From assembly GCA_035623825.1 (NCBI GenBank), contig DASPSR010000064.1, positions 1-58,460 on the forward strand: DNA of 58,460 nucleotides, written 5' to 3'. This stretch comes from Nitrospirota bacterium (GTDB lineage Bacteria; Nitrospirota; UBA9217). Shown here piece after piece: positions 1 to 10,159 of the stretch. Both the position numbers and the translations under genes were made by a program. The notes under the pieces are model-generated. The model did not search any database and had not been told where the DNA came from. It saw only the letters and a list, made by a program, of their open reading frames with translations. Within the stretch, counting starts at the first letter, position 1; the number at the start of each line of letters is the position of its first letter.

Positions 1-1
1 A

Positions 2-328
2 CTCATGCCGTGAATCCGTCGTCTTCCTGAACCTCCTCTTCACTTCTGCTCGAATCCCGTTTTCTTTCATGAGCCTGGCAATCCGGTTCTTCCCGCAGCG
101 GGTCCCTTGCTCCCGGAGCGCCTCCGTTATCCGCGGGCTGCCGTAAACCCGTCTATTCTTCTCGTAGATCTCTCGGATCCGGCCCAAAAGCAGCTCATTC
201 TCATTCCAACGCTTGCCAGGTTTTCGCTCCCTCCAGGCGTAATAACCACTTCGCGAAACCCTCAATACCTTGCACATCTCGGTAAGCCGATAAGAGTCCC
301 GGTGATTTTCAAGGAACAGATACTTCAC
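2..328 (-). CDS. IS3-family transposase OrfB, N-terminal part (truncated by window edge)
   Basis: GTG at 328 overlaps the orfA TGA. Translates MKYLFLENHRDSYRLTEMCKVLRVSRSGYYAWR, the classic OrfB start. Not in the supplied ORF track. Confidence 0.88.
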   Translation of the reverse strand, partial: MKYLFLENHRDSYRLTEMCKVLRVSRSGYYAWRERKPGKRWNENELLLGRIREIYEKNRRVYGSPRITEALREQGTRCGKNRIARLMKENGIRAEVKRRFRKTTDSRHE

Positions 329-627
329 CAATTTCGCTTGGAAAACACGCTCAAAGCTTTCTTTAAAATGTCCCGCTCTTCCTTGACGTCTTCCAGCTCC
401 TTCTGGAGGCGTTTTAATTCCGCATCCTCAGGCTTTAACTTCCCTGTTCCCACAAAGGCGCTTTCTCCCTCCGCCAGGTAATCCCTCCTCCATCGATGAA
501 TCAAATTCGGATGAATATCAAGCTCTCGGGCTACTTTACCCACAGAAACACGCTTTTCTATCACCAGTTGAAGGGCATTTCTCTTAAACTCCTTACTAAA
601 CTGACGATGACCTATGCGTTGACCCAT
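325..627 (-). CDS. IS3-family transposase OrfA (HTH)
   Basis: FSKEFKRNALQLV..VARELDIHPNLIHRW HTH, then the coiled coil ELKRLQKEL..ERDILKKA typical of IS3 OrfA. Confidence 0.93.
   Translation of the reverse strand: MGQRIGHRQFSKEFKRNALQLVIEKRVSVGKVARELDIHPNLIHRWRRDYLAEGESAFVGTGKLKPEDAELKRLQKELEDVKEERDILKKALSVFSKRNW
361..367 (-). other. Putative -1 ribosomal frameshift heptamer T_TTA_AAG (OrfAB fusion)
   Basis: In-frame X_XXY_YYZ motif in the orfA codons ATT TTA AAG AAA, just before the orfA/orfB overlap. Confidence 0.6.
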
Positions 628-740
628 GCCGGCCTCCTTGTATGAGTTTACAACTTTTCGGCATGTCCATCAAATCGGGGGAGGCTCACTTTGTAATTTA
701 GTGCCAAATCTTTTATAATCATCTAAGATTTTTATGGACG

Positions 741-2084
741 TTATTGGAAGCGCAAGTTATGTGGCGGTTGAAGTTGCAGTGTTAGAGGGTGTGGGTAAGT
801 ATAAGGTTTATATCCAGGCATTGCTGTTGACCCGTTATTTACATAATCGACCTGACCGTTGGCATGTCCTGCCCCAGTTTTTAGATGGTCTGTCAATACA
901 GGCGGAGGACTTGTCAAACACTGATCAAAATTAGAGTTTACTGATATATTTGTACTATTAGCACAAGTTGCCTGCGTAGTCCGACAATCGTCCTGCGGGC
1001 CGTTGTTCCACGCATAAATAGGCATTGAGGGTTGATTTTGCGGCGCACCATAACCACGCCCCGGTTGATCGAGACAGGGCCAACCAGTATCGGAAATATT
1101 CCCGTCATAAGGCTGTGTCCCACTGCATCTTGTATCGAACGCAGAACAGGTGCGTTGATTATCTACTTGTAACTGCCCAGTCGAGTCGATGGTGTTATTA
1201 AAAACTACTCCAGTTCCGGACCTCCACCAAACAACACGGGTATCACTCATTCCCACAGCAACAAATTTGTTATTATAAACTTCAATTCTTTTTCCGCCTC
1301 TTGCTGTAGATCTGGCTGAATGAGTGCTTATCTGACATCTGTTTATAGTGTTATAACGGAATACGACAGAACCGCCATACCATACATCGGCAGCCCAGCC
1401 ACCGGTTGAGCTTGCATTTAGCGTAGAATCCTCGACATAAATAGCATTCGCATCACCAAGCGAATAAGTCAATCCCCAACTTATTGTTCCTTGATTAAAT
1501 GGTTGTCCATCAGCTTCAGAATTATCATTAGTATACGCGTAGTGAGTCATAAATTGTGCAATGCTATAATCTGAACTCCAACTCACATGATCTATGACAC
1601 CATAGGTTAATCCAAATACAAAAATTGATCTTACGTCAGTGAGGCCATTAGCTGTCAGAGTAAGATGGTCTAATCTCCACCCCTTTGAATACGAACCTCC
1701 AGTCGGAGTATGTTTTCGATTAATAATCTGAACAGCTATTCCATTTATAGCTTGATTTATAGTCATAGCAGAAATTCTAAATGCGGCCTTATTATCCGCT
1801 ATAATACTAAATCCAAGAGATCCAACATTGATTATCGTTTTGCCTTCTCCTGCTCCGATAACTCTAATATTCTTATCAGCCCACGATACAGCAGTTGACC
1901 AATTACCAGTGCCTGGTGGTATTGACACAATATCCTCATCTATTGCTGCATTTATAGCATCTTGGACATCAATCTGTGAACAACTTTTAGCTGCGATTAA
2001 CGCGGCCGTGGCATTTGATGTCCATAAGAGGGTCGTAATCAGAATTATAACCTGCCAGTGCATCTTAGACTTATTTTTGTTCAT
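741..2084 (-). CDS. Secreted right-handed parallel beta-helix protein (pectin-lyase-like; putative polysaccharide lyase/hydrolase)
   Basis: Signal peptide (..LLWTSNATA-A), DVQDAINAA..IVSIPPG cap, G-x-V-F-R-Y-N-T and IEVYNN beta-helix coils, YKPYTYPHPL C-terminus, AAGGAG RBS. Confidence 0.7.
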   Translation of the reverse strand: MNKNKSKMHWQVIILITTLLWTSNATAALIAAKSCSQIDVQDAINAAIDEDIVSIPPGTGNWSTAVSWADKNIRVIGAGEGKTIINVGSLGFSIIADNKAAFRISAMTINQAINGIAVQIINRKHTPTGGSYSKGWRLDHLTLTANGLTDVRSIFVFGLTYGVIDHVSWSSDYSIAQFMTHYAYTNDNSEADGQPFNQGTISWGLTYSLGDANAIYVEDSTLNASSTGGWAADVWYGGSVVFRYNTINRCQISTHSARSTARGGKRIEVYNNKFVAVGMSDTRVVWWRSGTGVVFNNTIDSTGQLQVDNQRTCSAFDTRCSGTQPYDGNISDTGWPCLDQPGRGYGAPQNQPSMPIYAWNNGPQDDCRTTQATCANSTNISVNSNFDQCLTSPPPVLTDHLKTGAGHANGQVDYVNNGSTAMPGYKPYTYPHPLTLQLQPPHNLRFQ

Positions 2085-2274
2085 ACCAGTATCTCCTTAT
2101 CTGCCTTGGTTGTTTAACTTGATTAAATAAACAAAAATCTCCTACCTTCGAACTACAATATATATTATATTAAAGTCACTAGAATTACTGTGACCTATAT
2201 CACCCAAATTGTGGAAGAAAGCCAAAATTTTGTTTAAGTCGTTGAGAAATAATCTTCGGTTTAGCGTGTTATCT

Positions 2275-4095
2275 CTACTCAATTAGTTGTCGTTGGACAA
2301 GCTCACTGGTTAGGACCTGGTTTATCTCGCGTGTGTAATTTCGCTTTCCGTCGTAATGATTACGCACAATCGCTTCGAGACGTCGACTGTTCAAGTATGG
2401 CCTGGCGAGCGTACGCGGATCCAAAAGCACGTCCTTTACAAACTGCGACAACCTGTCACGATACCAGACACGAAAATGATAGAATTTGTTCCTACCAAGA
2501 AAAAGTCTTTCAATGTGCAATGGTGCCAAAAAATGGTCAATTCCTGCTAGCCACTGCGGCATGCCGTAGTCAAATGCATACTCCGTTTTAGCGACAAATT
2601 CAGCATAAAGATGTTGAATTCTGCCGATGCCCGGAACATGGCGATATAATACGCCGCGATCTGTGGGTATTTTAGACAAGTCCACATTTCCTTCAGCTAT
2701 CAGTTGTAATGAAAATTGTTTGCTTAGCGTATGATTAGAAGGCGCCCGATACATTAGAGCAACAAGGTCATTATCGAGATAAGGTGAACGGAGGGTTAGT
2801 TGGGATTGCTCCACGGAGAACCGAGCATGATGATGCCAGGGAACTTGCTTGAATGCTATGAACGACAAATTGTGACACTGACTCTCTCCATAGTAGGTCG
2901 TCGAGGCATCGCTTACTAGTTCTGAAAAAGCAGGTTCAAACAATTTATCATCACGGGTGAATGGTTTGAATGCCACATTTCCTCGCAGTATTTCCGAACC
3001 ATAGTTCCCTGTCAGCCGAATTGGCGCTATACCACTCGCTAACCTGTTTACATATAATTCAACTGACCCTGAAACATCCATGGTACCGTCGGATACATAA
3101 ATCGCTTTTTCTGCCATGCGCGGAAATTCAGAATGAAATTTTTCATCAATTACAATCGTTTCGTGAGTTTGGCCGCAATTCTTTGCCACCTTTCGTGCTA
3201 TTTTAACATCAGCAGAATCACGATAATTACTGCTAAATGAATAGCATGGTAATCCCCCCGGAGGAGATTTCGCCCAAGCGAGGATTATCCGACAGTCTAA
3301 GCCGCCTGTGAGGGACATGGCTATTCGTTCTTTCCCTTGAAAGTATCTCGGAAGTATCCGAGTAAAAGTTTCCTTTAGCGTTTCGTAGAACTCCATATCA
3401 TTCAAAAATGGCTGTTTCTCCCACGTTTCCAAATTGAAGTACTTCCCTTTTCTTATGCTTCCATTCTTATCTATAACCCATGACGATCCTCCCGGCAATA
3501 ACCCAATGCCAGCGAATAATGTTCTATTTTGTAGCACGCAACCACATGAAATGGTTTCCGCAAATCCTCGCATATCCAGCTGCCGTAGTTCCGACAATAT
3601 CTTGAGAAGCGACTTTGCTTCGGAAGAAAAATAAAATGCATCCTTTGTCTCGTAAAAGTATATTCGCCGCATTCCATATCTGTCGTTAAAGAGGACCACT
3701 TTGTTCTGACGAAGATCGATCAAAACTCCAGCAAACCATCCATTCAAGTCTACTAAAAACCTATCACCCTTCTCCTCATACAAGCTAATTATATATTTTG
3801 CATTAGATCTATCAAATTTATAACCTCTTTGCCCAAGCTTTTGAATCTTTTCGTTGTCTGCAAAGTCTTCACCCGCAAAAATCATATAAATACTTTTTTT
3901 TTCGTTAACCAGTGGCATACAATCAGAGAATGAACCTTGATGGCAAACCCAACCAGCATAAATACCAAGTTGAACGTTAGAATATGAGCCTGAAACATAG
4001 TTGGCCTCGTGCATCATGACATTGATCATCTGATCTAAGTTGCTCTTGTTCTTAATTGGATTAGCCTTACTGATAATTCCAGCAATACCCGGCAT
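2275..4095 (-). CDS. Asparagine synthetase B-like amidotransferase (N-terminal Cys replaced by Pro)
   Basis: MPGIAG start, NG-x-F and DRYG motifs of the Ntn domain, SLTGGLD PP-loop, LTGNYG, RSPYLD. Confidence 0.85.
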   Translation of the reverse strand: MPGIAGIISKANPIKNKSNLDQMINVMMHEANYVSGSYSNVQLGIYAGWVCHQGSFSDCMPLVNEKKSIYMIFAGEDFADNEKIQKLGQRGYKFDRSNAKYIISLYEEKGDRFLVDLNGWFAGVLIDLRQNKVVLFNDRYGMRRIYFYETKDAFYFSSEAKSLLKILSELRQLDMRGFAETISCGCVLQNRTLFAGIGLLPGGSSWVIDKNGSIRKGKYFNLETWEKQPFLNDMEFYETLKETFTRILPRYFQGKERIAMSLTGGLDCRIILAWAKSPPGGLPCYSFSSNYRDSADVKIARKVAKNCGQTHETIVIDEKFHSEFPRMAEKAIYVSDGTMDVSGSVELYVNRLASGIAPIRLTGNYGSEILRGNVAFKPFTRDDKLFEPAFSELVSDASTTYYGESQCHNLSFIAFKQVPWHHHARFSVEQSQLTLRSPYLDNDLVALMYRAPSNHTLSKQFSLQLIAEGNVDLSKIPTDRGVLYRHVPGIGRIQHLYAEFVAKTEYAFDYGMPQWLAGIDHFLAPLHIERLFLGRNKFYHFRVWYRDRLSQFVKDVLLDPRTLARPYLNSRRLEAIVRNHYDGKRNYTREINQVLTSELVQRQLIE

Positions 4096-4300
4096 TACAT
4101 CTCACTCCCCTTTAACTGATTCATTCTGCATATTATTATAAAAATTCATGACATTCACGACCCGTAGTAGAACTCAAGAAATGAGAATACAACCATGAAA
4201 CTTAGCGAACTATTGAATAGACCTGAATAAATATACCCGCTATTGAAGTGTCACTTAGAAAATGAGTGATCAACAACATGATAACTGGGAATCTCTCACT

Positions 4301-5293
4301 TCAGAGTTTTTTGTTTAATGTCTTCCGCTCATTCCATTTCGTCCTAAAATCCCGTAAGGGTGACATAATCCACTCCGGTATTCTTTCTTTGAACTCTATG
4401 TGAAATCCCATGCTAAGTGCAATTGCTCCTTTCCAGGTCAAGGGGATATAATATCGAGGGATATTCATTCTCACAAATCCGTTGCTGCGCTTGAATTCCG
4501 TAAGCGTACTGTTAGTCTTGTTCCCATAAACAAACTTCTCATATAGCAGGTATGGTATACCTCTCGATGTACACTGTCTTACTGCCTCAGCCAGCAGCGC
4601 GTTATTCGGACGCATATTATAAAATTGCATCCTTGACATGATTTGCATAATTGCTGCCGTTTGTTCATCCCAAACTATCTTGGCATATCCAATCATCTCA
4701 TCTTTATAATAAGCCGCAAGAAAAGTACTACGCTCAGAGTATGTAGCATTCTCTTCTTGAACTTGAGTAAAATTTTTTCCGTAATGCCAAAATCTTCGTC
4801 CTTGTCGAACTGGAGTCTCATTGTATATTGACATTATACCTCGAACATAAGTATCATCAAATTGTGAAACTCTCACTACGATGCCCCTCTTTTCACTCGC
4901 TTTAATGTTTCTTTTAACGGAAGCAGATGTTTGATTATTAAGCCAATGGTGGTAAGATTTTAATTGAATTACTGCTAAATTATCATATACCAATTGGAAT
5001 GAGTAATGCGGTTCTATATCAGGGACTCTCTGCGAAAAGGCAAAAAGATCAGGTTTCAAATCAGTTTTTTGAAGCTCATTTAAAACAATTTCCGGCTTCG
5101 GAAGACGACGCCTCTCGATCCAATACTCATCAAAGATTCGAGCTATTTTTAAGAATTTACCTTTAACTATAACGATACTCTCGCCTACTCTAATGGCGGG
5201 CACTTTTGCTTGTATACCTTTAATACTAATGATATAATGTTTTGTTAACATCCCATATCCGTTCTCTTCCATGTTGTGCTCTATCTCTGTCAA
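4301..5293 (-). CDS. FemAB/GNAT-fold protein (start may be 5272 or 5251)
   Basis: KRNIKASEKRGIVV, PNNALLAEAV and LTEFKRSNGF are typical of FemAB-like acyltransferases in EPS loci. Confidence 0.65.
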   Translation of the reverse strand: MTEIEHNMEENGYGMLTKHYIISIKGIQAKVPAIRVGESIVIVKGKFLKIARIFDEYWIERRRLPKPEIVLNELQKTDLKPDLFAFSQRVPDIEPHYSFQLVYDNLAVIQLKSYHHWLNNQTSASVKRNIKASEKRGIVVRVSQFDDTYVRGIMSIYNETPVRQGRRFWHYGKNFTQVQEENATYSERSTFLAAYYKDEMIGYAKIVWDEQTAAIMQIMSRMQFYNMRPNNALLAEAVRQCTSRGIPYLLYEKFVYGNKTNSTLTEFKRSNGFVRMNIPRYYIPLTWKGAIALSMGFHIEFKERIPEWIMSPLRDFRTKWNERKTLNKKL

Positions 5294-6458
5294 TGGTTAA
5301 TTTCATTAACAGCACTGATAGCGCATTATACGTTGTCGCCTGAGCCCAGTGTAACATAGGAGTTTTAGCCCTTATAAAGGGATACTCTCTATAATAGAAA
5401 TAACCCATTTTGTCCCGCATATTATCAATTGCCCAATTAGTTACTTTAATAGCTAGCATAAGGATCGATGGATCGTAGTCTGATAAATTAGCCAGTGTTT
5501 CGATGGCCTGAGCTATGCACTGACTGTCAATTGGATACGCGCGGTTGTGGTAATATTTTGGTCTACCGTTTTCTTCGAAAAAGTTCTTCTTGTAAAAGTC
5601 CAATCCCTTTTCCAATTTGTTTTCATATTGCCGGTCACCTGAATAATCCATGTAGCATTTCAAGGCGTCAAGATTATAACCGGTGTGGAAATTGTCTATC
5701 CAATGATTTCGAGAGTGTTCTCCATATAACCATGCACCGCTTGGCAGTTGTCTGGAGCAACTGAATGTTATCGCCTCTTTGGCTACTGTCAAATATTCTT
5801 CATTAAATAAATGTTTGGCGGTTCGGGCCAATACTGCGGCGCCAACCATGTTAGAATTATGTATATCGGCCGTGAAATCTTGATTATGATATCCAATACA
5901 AAAACCAAACTCAGTCTTATTTCGGGGTAATCTCAAAATCCATTTGCATACACTATTGGCAACCTCCAAGTATTTTCTGTCTCCAAATGTCTCGTAGGCT
6001 TCGAGAAAGGCATGAGCAATAAGGGCTGTCCAAATCAGGATAGGTTCGAATGCTTTGTACAGTCCGCTTCTACTCGCGAAATCGAAATGCTTTCCCCATG
6101 AAAATTCCTGATAACCAGAAGACCTGTTTTCTACGAGCCATTGCAGGCAGGCATCGGTTTTCCCCCGATATCTTTGATCTCCAGTTATCATGAACATATG
6201 GCAATAACCCCATGCCATATATCCCCTTCCAATGGTCGAATCCAATGGCTTTACACCAAATAACGGCCTTAGGTTGATAGGCGATTGCCGAATGAGTTGA
6301 AGCAAAAGCCTGTCTAAAAGGAGATTGCCAAATGTAAGCGGACGGAATGTCGAGGAAAGTCCGTCAAAAGGCTCATAACCTTTGTAATCATGCTCTTCTA
6401 CCCATTTTTCAACCATTCTAACGCTAACTTCGATTTTATTTTGATTCTTGTCGTCCAC
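5226..6458 (-). CDS. (alpha/alpha)-toroid six-hairpin glycosidase-like protein of EPS loci
   Basis: YEPFDGL, HNSN, WIDNFHTGY, GYFYYR and HWAQA motifs; repeated helical hairpins; GTG start at 6458 with AGGAG RBS. Confidence 0.65.
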   Translation of the reverse strand: MDDKNQNKIEVSVRMVEKWVEEHDYKGYEPFDGLSSTFRPLTFGNLLLDRLLLQLIRQSPINLRPLFGVKPLDSTIGRGYMAWGYCHMFMITGDQRYRGKTDACLQWLVENRSSGYQEFSWGKHFDFASRSGLYKAFEPILIWTALIAHAFLEAYETFGDRKYLEVANSVCKWILRLPRNKTEFGFCIGYHNQDFTADIHNSNMVGAAVLARTAKHLFNEEYLTVAKEAITFSCSRQLPSGAWLYGEHSRNHWIDNFHTGYNLDALKCYMDYSGDRQYENKLEKGLDFYKKNFFEENGRPKYYHNRAYPIDSQCIAQAIETLANLSDYDPSILMLAIKVTNWAIDNMRDKMGYFYYREYPFIRAKTPMLHWAQATTYNALSVLLMKLTIDRDRAQHGRERIWDVNKTLYH

Positions 6459-6475
6459 TCTAACTCCTGTTATTT

Positions 6476-7366
6476 TTACGCACCCCAATTAGGTGCTTTT
6501 GTGAACACATTTTTTAAGCGTTTCATTTGTTCGCGACGATGAAATTTCATGAGTTCCGGCGATATCAAGCGATCGGTTCTCCTCATGCTAGCCCAAGCAT
6601 ATCCCAGAAGAAGCAATGTTCCTCCAATGATATACGGCCTTTTCGTCATCTGATAAAGCGCCCTGAATAACTGCCACAGTGGATGACCACCCAGAAAATA
6701 ATCTTTTCTTCCATGTTTATACCATGTCATCAGAGATCTGCTGTTTCCAGTCCCCATTTGCCGGTGATGTAAACAGGCCTTTTCCGTGAATGTCCTAGTC
6801 ATCCACCCCTTCATTCTTGCCGTCGTCACCGCGGTCCAGTCAATACCCCCACCCTTGATAGGAACATAACCTCCGATATCTTCGAAGCATTCGCGTCTGA
6901 ATAATTGACAAGCGCCAGAAACATGTTCGATGTTGGTGAACCGATAATCATACTGAGATGATCCTTCCACAAAAGGCGTGCCGGCAACCCCGAGCATGGG
7001 GAATAAATTAAATTTAGAAAGAAGGAATTCGAAATAGTCGCTCTCAAAAGAAATATCCGCATCAAGGCTCCCGATGATATCGAAGGGCAGATCCTTGATC
7101 CTCTCATACCCGGCGTTAAAACAAAGAACTTTAGCGGCAAATTGGCGATCTCTGTGCTCAGGCATGCGTACCAGTTCTATCCATTGGTATCGCGATATGT
7201 ACTTATTGATAATCTCATCTGTCCTATCTGTTGATCCGTCGCTCACGATAACCCATTTTTCAGGCAAAACAGTTTGCGAGATGACAGATTTAATTGTTTT
7301 TTCTATATATTCTTCTTCATTTCGAGCCGGCGTAATTAAAATGAAGGATGATCTGTTTGACGACAT
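6476..7366 (-). CDS. Glycosyltransferase family 2
   Basis: ITPARNEE, VSDGSTD, LDAD (DxD), GACQLFRR. Confidence 0.93.
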   Translation of the reverse strand: MSSNRSSFILITPARNEEEYIEKTIKSVISQTVLPEKWVIVSDGSTDRTDEIINKYISRYQWIELVRMPEHRDRQFAAKVLCFNAGYERIKDLPFDIIGSLDADISFESDYFEFLLSKFNLFPMLGVAGTPFVEGSSQYDYRFTNIEHVSGACQLFRRECFEDIGGYVPIKGGGIDWTAVTTARMKGWMTRTFTEKACLHHRQMGTGNSRSLMTWYKHGRKDYFLGGHPLWQLFRALYQMTKRPYIIGGTLLLLGYAWASMRRTDRLISPELMKFHRREQMKRLKNVFTKAPNWGA

Positions 7367-7467
7367 GTTTCGTTATCCCTTACAAATCAATGGATTTTAT
7401 AACATTAATATTTGAATAAATAAAGAAGGCTATCTTATTCATCTGATGTCATCGCTTTTAGATTCTC

Positions 7468-8373
7468 TTAAGAAGGTCTTTCTTTAATAACATGTACTCC
7501 GCAAAGGGCCATCAATTTCCCAAGATGATCACAATCTTTTATCAGATACTTCATGAACAGATGGTGTCCCATCAATAACAGGATAGGTAAAACCACTGTA
7601 TACACAATCAAGGCTATTATCGACTTCAAAGTACTGAAACTAATTATCGAAATATGGCTTGCACTCACCACTCCTCTTAATAATGCTCTCTTTATAAAAT
7701 ACTTTCGTTTAAGTCGATATTGAGGGACAAATTCATAAACATGAGCTTCATTACTCCATACGAAAACGTTTCCTCTCTCCATCAGCCTTCTAAAGAAATC
7801 AACGTCCTCTCCTCCTGTTTTCCCAAATCGATAATCAAACGGATTCTTATCAAATAGAACATTTCTATCGAGAAGAACATTCCCTGTGCGCGTATCTATA
7901 GGATTCCTTATAATTGTCCCCGACTCAAATGATTTTCTCTCGCATAATTGGCTTCTGACTACCCAGTTGGGAGGACTGGTTTCAAAATAGGGCAATACGG
8001 GGCCCAGAATTCCACTCACATTGAATTTATAAATGGCCTTATAGAGATTCAGAAGCCATTCTTTAGTGGGGACCTCATCATCATCTATGAAAGCCAATAA
8101 GTCACCACTTGCATTTTGTACAGCCTTATTTCTCGCAAGGGCAATATTCTGTTCAGGTTCACAGTAATAATCGATGGTGATATTTGATTCTTTCTCTATT
8201 CCCTCAACCACATGTCTTGCTGTTTGGGTATAATCATTATCCACTATTACCACAGAATAAGTGAACAAATCGTCGGTACTTTGATGTTTCAGTTCCTTCA
8301 ATAACCGAGCAAGCATCTCTTCCCGTTTGTAGGTACAAATGCAGACCGTTATATGGTGACGTTTTCGTTCCAT
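7468..8373 (-). CDS. Glycosyltransferase family 2 (ExoM-like)
   Basis: ICTYKR, VDND, IALARN, FIDDDE, TGN, GGEDVDFF. Confidence 0.92.
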   Translation of the reverse strand: MERKRHHITVCICTYKREEMLARLLKELKHQSTDDLFTYSVVIVDNDYTQTARHVVEGIEKESNITIDYYCEPEQNIALARNKAVQNASGDLLAFIDDDEVPTKEWLLNLYKAIYKFNVSGILGPVLPYFETSPPNWVVRSQLCERKSFESGTIIRNPIDTRTGNVLLDRNVLFDKNPFDYRFGKTGGEDVDFFRRLMERGNVFVWSNEAHVYEFVPQYRLKRKYFIKRALLRGVVSASHISIISFSTLKSIIALIVYTVVLPILLLMGHHLFMKYLIKDCDHLGKLMALCGVHVIKERPS

Positions 8374-8439
8374 AAACCAGTATATGACGACTAAATGTTT
8401 CGTTCACTGCAGCGATCGCCCATATTGATTATTTTGAAA

Positions 8440-9543
8440 TCACGAGAAATCCTTAATCGTCTCGGTTATAAATCTAATCTGCTTCTCTTGCAACTCAGGG
8501 AACATTGGCAGGGACAGGATTTCCTGTGACGCCATTGTAGCTTCAGGAAAATCATTCTCTGTGTGGTTCAGGTATGAATATGCTTTGAGATTCGGCAAAG
8601 CAATCGGATAGTGAATACCAGTTGCTATCCCTTTTAACTTCAGGTGGTCTTGCAAATGCCGTCGCAATGTTTTTTCTATCCTTATAACATAAAGATGATA
8701 TACGGCCTTAACATAATCAATCTCAAAAGGGGTGACTACTTCCATCCCTTTTAGATGCTCGTTATACAGATAGGCGTTCCTTCTTCGTGCTTCGGACCAG
8801 CCGACAAGATGTTTCAATTTTACATTCAGGATAGCCGCCTGAAGGCCATCCGTTCTGCTGTTGACCCCTTCCATTTCATGATCATACTTGTCTTTGCGAC
8901 CATGATTGGCAATCATACGTGCCTTTAATGCCCATGAGTCGTTGGACGTGACAATGGCCCCTGCATCTCCGTAAGCTCCCAGATTTTTCCCTGGATAAAA
9001 GCTGAAGCAAGCCATATCTCCAATAGAGCCAATGCGGCGTCCCTTATACTCTGCCCCATGCGCCTGTGCTGCATCCTCAATGACTTTAAGATTGTGTTTC
9101 CTTGCCAGAACCAAAATGGGATCCATATCTGCAGGCTGTCCATAAAGATGGACGGGAATAATTACCTTAGTCCTTGAAGTAATTTTCTCCTCGATTTTGC
9201 CGGTATCAATGTTATAGGTCTTCGGATCTATATCGACAAAAACAACTTTCGCTCCTGCATGGGTTATTGCTTCCGAAGTGGCGATAAAGCTGTTTGCGAC
9301 GGTGATCACTTCATCGCCGACACCGACACCGAGTGTCTTGAGAGCGATGAAGAGTGCATCAGTTCCATTGCCGACCCCGATGCAGTACTTCACTTGACAG
9401 AATTCAGCGAAGGAGGTCTCGAACGACTTGACATATTCACCACCGATAAACGCGGACTTTGAAATGACGTCGGCCATAATGGCGTCGATCTCTTTTTTTA
9501 TGCTGTTATATTGACTCTGCAAATCAACTAATGGTATTTTCAT
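8440..9543 (-). CDS. DegT/DnrJ/EryC1/StrS PLP-dependent sugar aminotransferase
   Basis: IPLVDL, NGTDAL, PVHLYGQ, IEDAAQAHGA, FSFYPGKNLGAYGDAG (PLP lysine). Start placed at ATG 9543 with RBS. Confidence 0.95.
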   Translation of the reverse strand: MKIPLVDLQSQYNSIKKEIDAIMADVISKSAFIGGEYVKSFETSFAEFCQVKYCIGVGNGTDALFIALKTLGVGVGDEVITVANSFIATSEAITHAGAKVVFVDIDPKTYNIDTGKIEEKITSRTKVIIPVHLYGQPADMDPILVLARKHNLKVIEDAAQAHGAEYKGRRIGSIGDMACFSFYPGKNLGAYGDAGAIVTSNDSWALKARMIANHGRKDKYDHEMEGVNSRTDGLQAAILNVKLKHLVGWSEARRRNAYLYNEHLKGMEVVTPFEIDYVKAVYHLYVIRIEKTLRRHLQDHLKLKGIATGIHYPIALPNLKAYSYLNHTENDFPEATMASQEILSLPMFPELQEKQIRFITETIKDFS

Positions 9544-10159
9544 ATCGACCCTCTCCATATGGTAGTTCCGAGATGTTTTTTATAATTCTCGCCGGATTCC
9601 CCACTACTACTGCGTTGGCAGGAACATCGTGGACTACCACCGATCCCGCGCCCACCAAGGCGTTCTCGCCAATGACAACGCCTGGCAGAATGGTGCTGTT
9701 CGCCCCAATCTTGGCCCCCCTCCTGATTACTGGCCCTTTGAGATTCGCTTTCGCTCCCGGTGATGCCGGATATTTAGCGTTGGTCAGCACTACATGCGGC
9801 CCCAGCCATGCCCCGCTTTCAATCACCGAATATTCCGGTATGAAAACCTGGCTGTGAATACGCACACCGCTTCCGATTGTGACGTGATGCTCAATCACAG
9901 ACAATGTGCCCACGCTTACATTGTCACCGATTACATTTGACTCTCTGATATTGACCTTGTTGCCTGTCTTAAATTCTCTTCCGATCCTATTGCCAGCATA
10001 AATTACTGTGTGAGACCGAATAAGTGCGTTGGCTCCTATGATGGTCTTTAATTCACCTTCTTTCCGCCCCCTCGGCGGAACACCAAGGATGCAATAATCC
10101 TCAACCACTGCGTCTAACGGTAATTCTACTTCTGCATGGATTCTATAGTCTGCTTGCAT
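9524..10159 (-). CDS. Hexapeptide-repeat sugar N-acetyltransferase
   Basis: Left-handed beta-helix hexapeptides; GANSTILPGVVIGENALVGAGSVV..DVP..GNPA. Confidence 0.9.
   Translation of the reverse strand: MQADYRIHAEVELPLDAVVEDYCILGVPPRGRKEGELKTIIGANALIRSHTVIYAGNRIGREFKTGNKVNIRESNVIGDNVSVGTLSVIEHHVTIGSGVRIHSQVFIPEYSVIESGAWLGPHVVLTNAKYPASPGAKANLKGPVIRRGAKIGANSTILPGVVIGENALVGAGSVVVHDVPANAVVVGNPARIIKNISELPYGEGRYENTIS

Larger units (their letters stand above)
1..688 (-). mobile_element. IS3-family insertion sequence, partial (runs off the left edge)
   Basis: Terminal sequence on the minus strand from 688 is TGAGCCTCCCCCGATTTGATGGACA (5'-TG start, IS3-like TGGACA box). orfA and orfB follow with a GTGA overlap. 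Confidence 0.92.

Noticed and set aside
692-706. Sigma-54 promoter-like TGGCAC on the minus strand
   Set aside because: The -12 element reads TACA rather than TTGC, and it points into the IS end.
5226-6458. Delta-aminolevulinic acid dehydratase (a label I recall being attached to this family)
   Set aside because: No HemB motifs. The helical-hairpin pattern and EPS context indicate an alpha/alpha-toroid protein.
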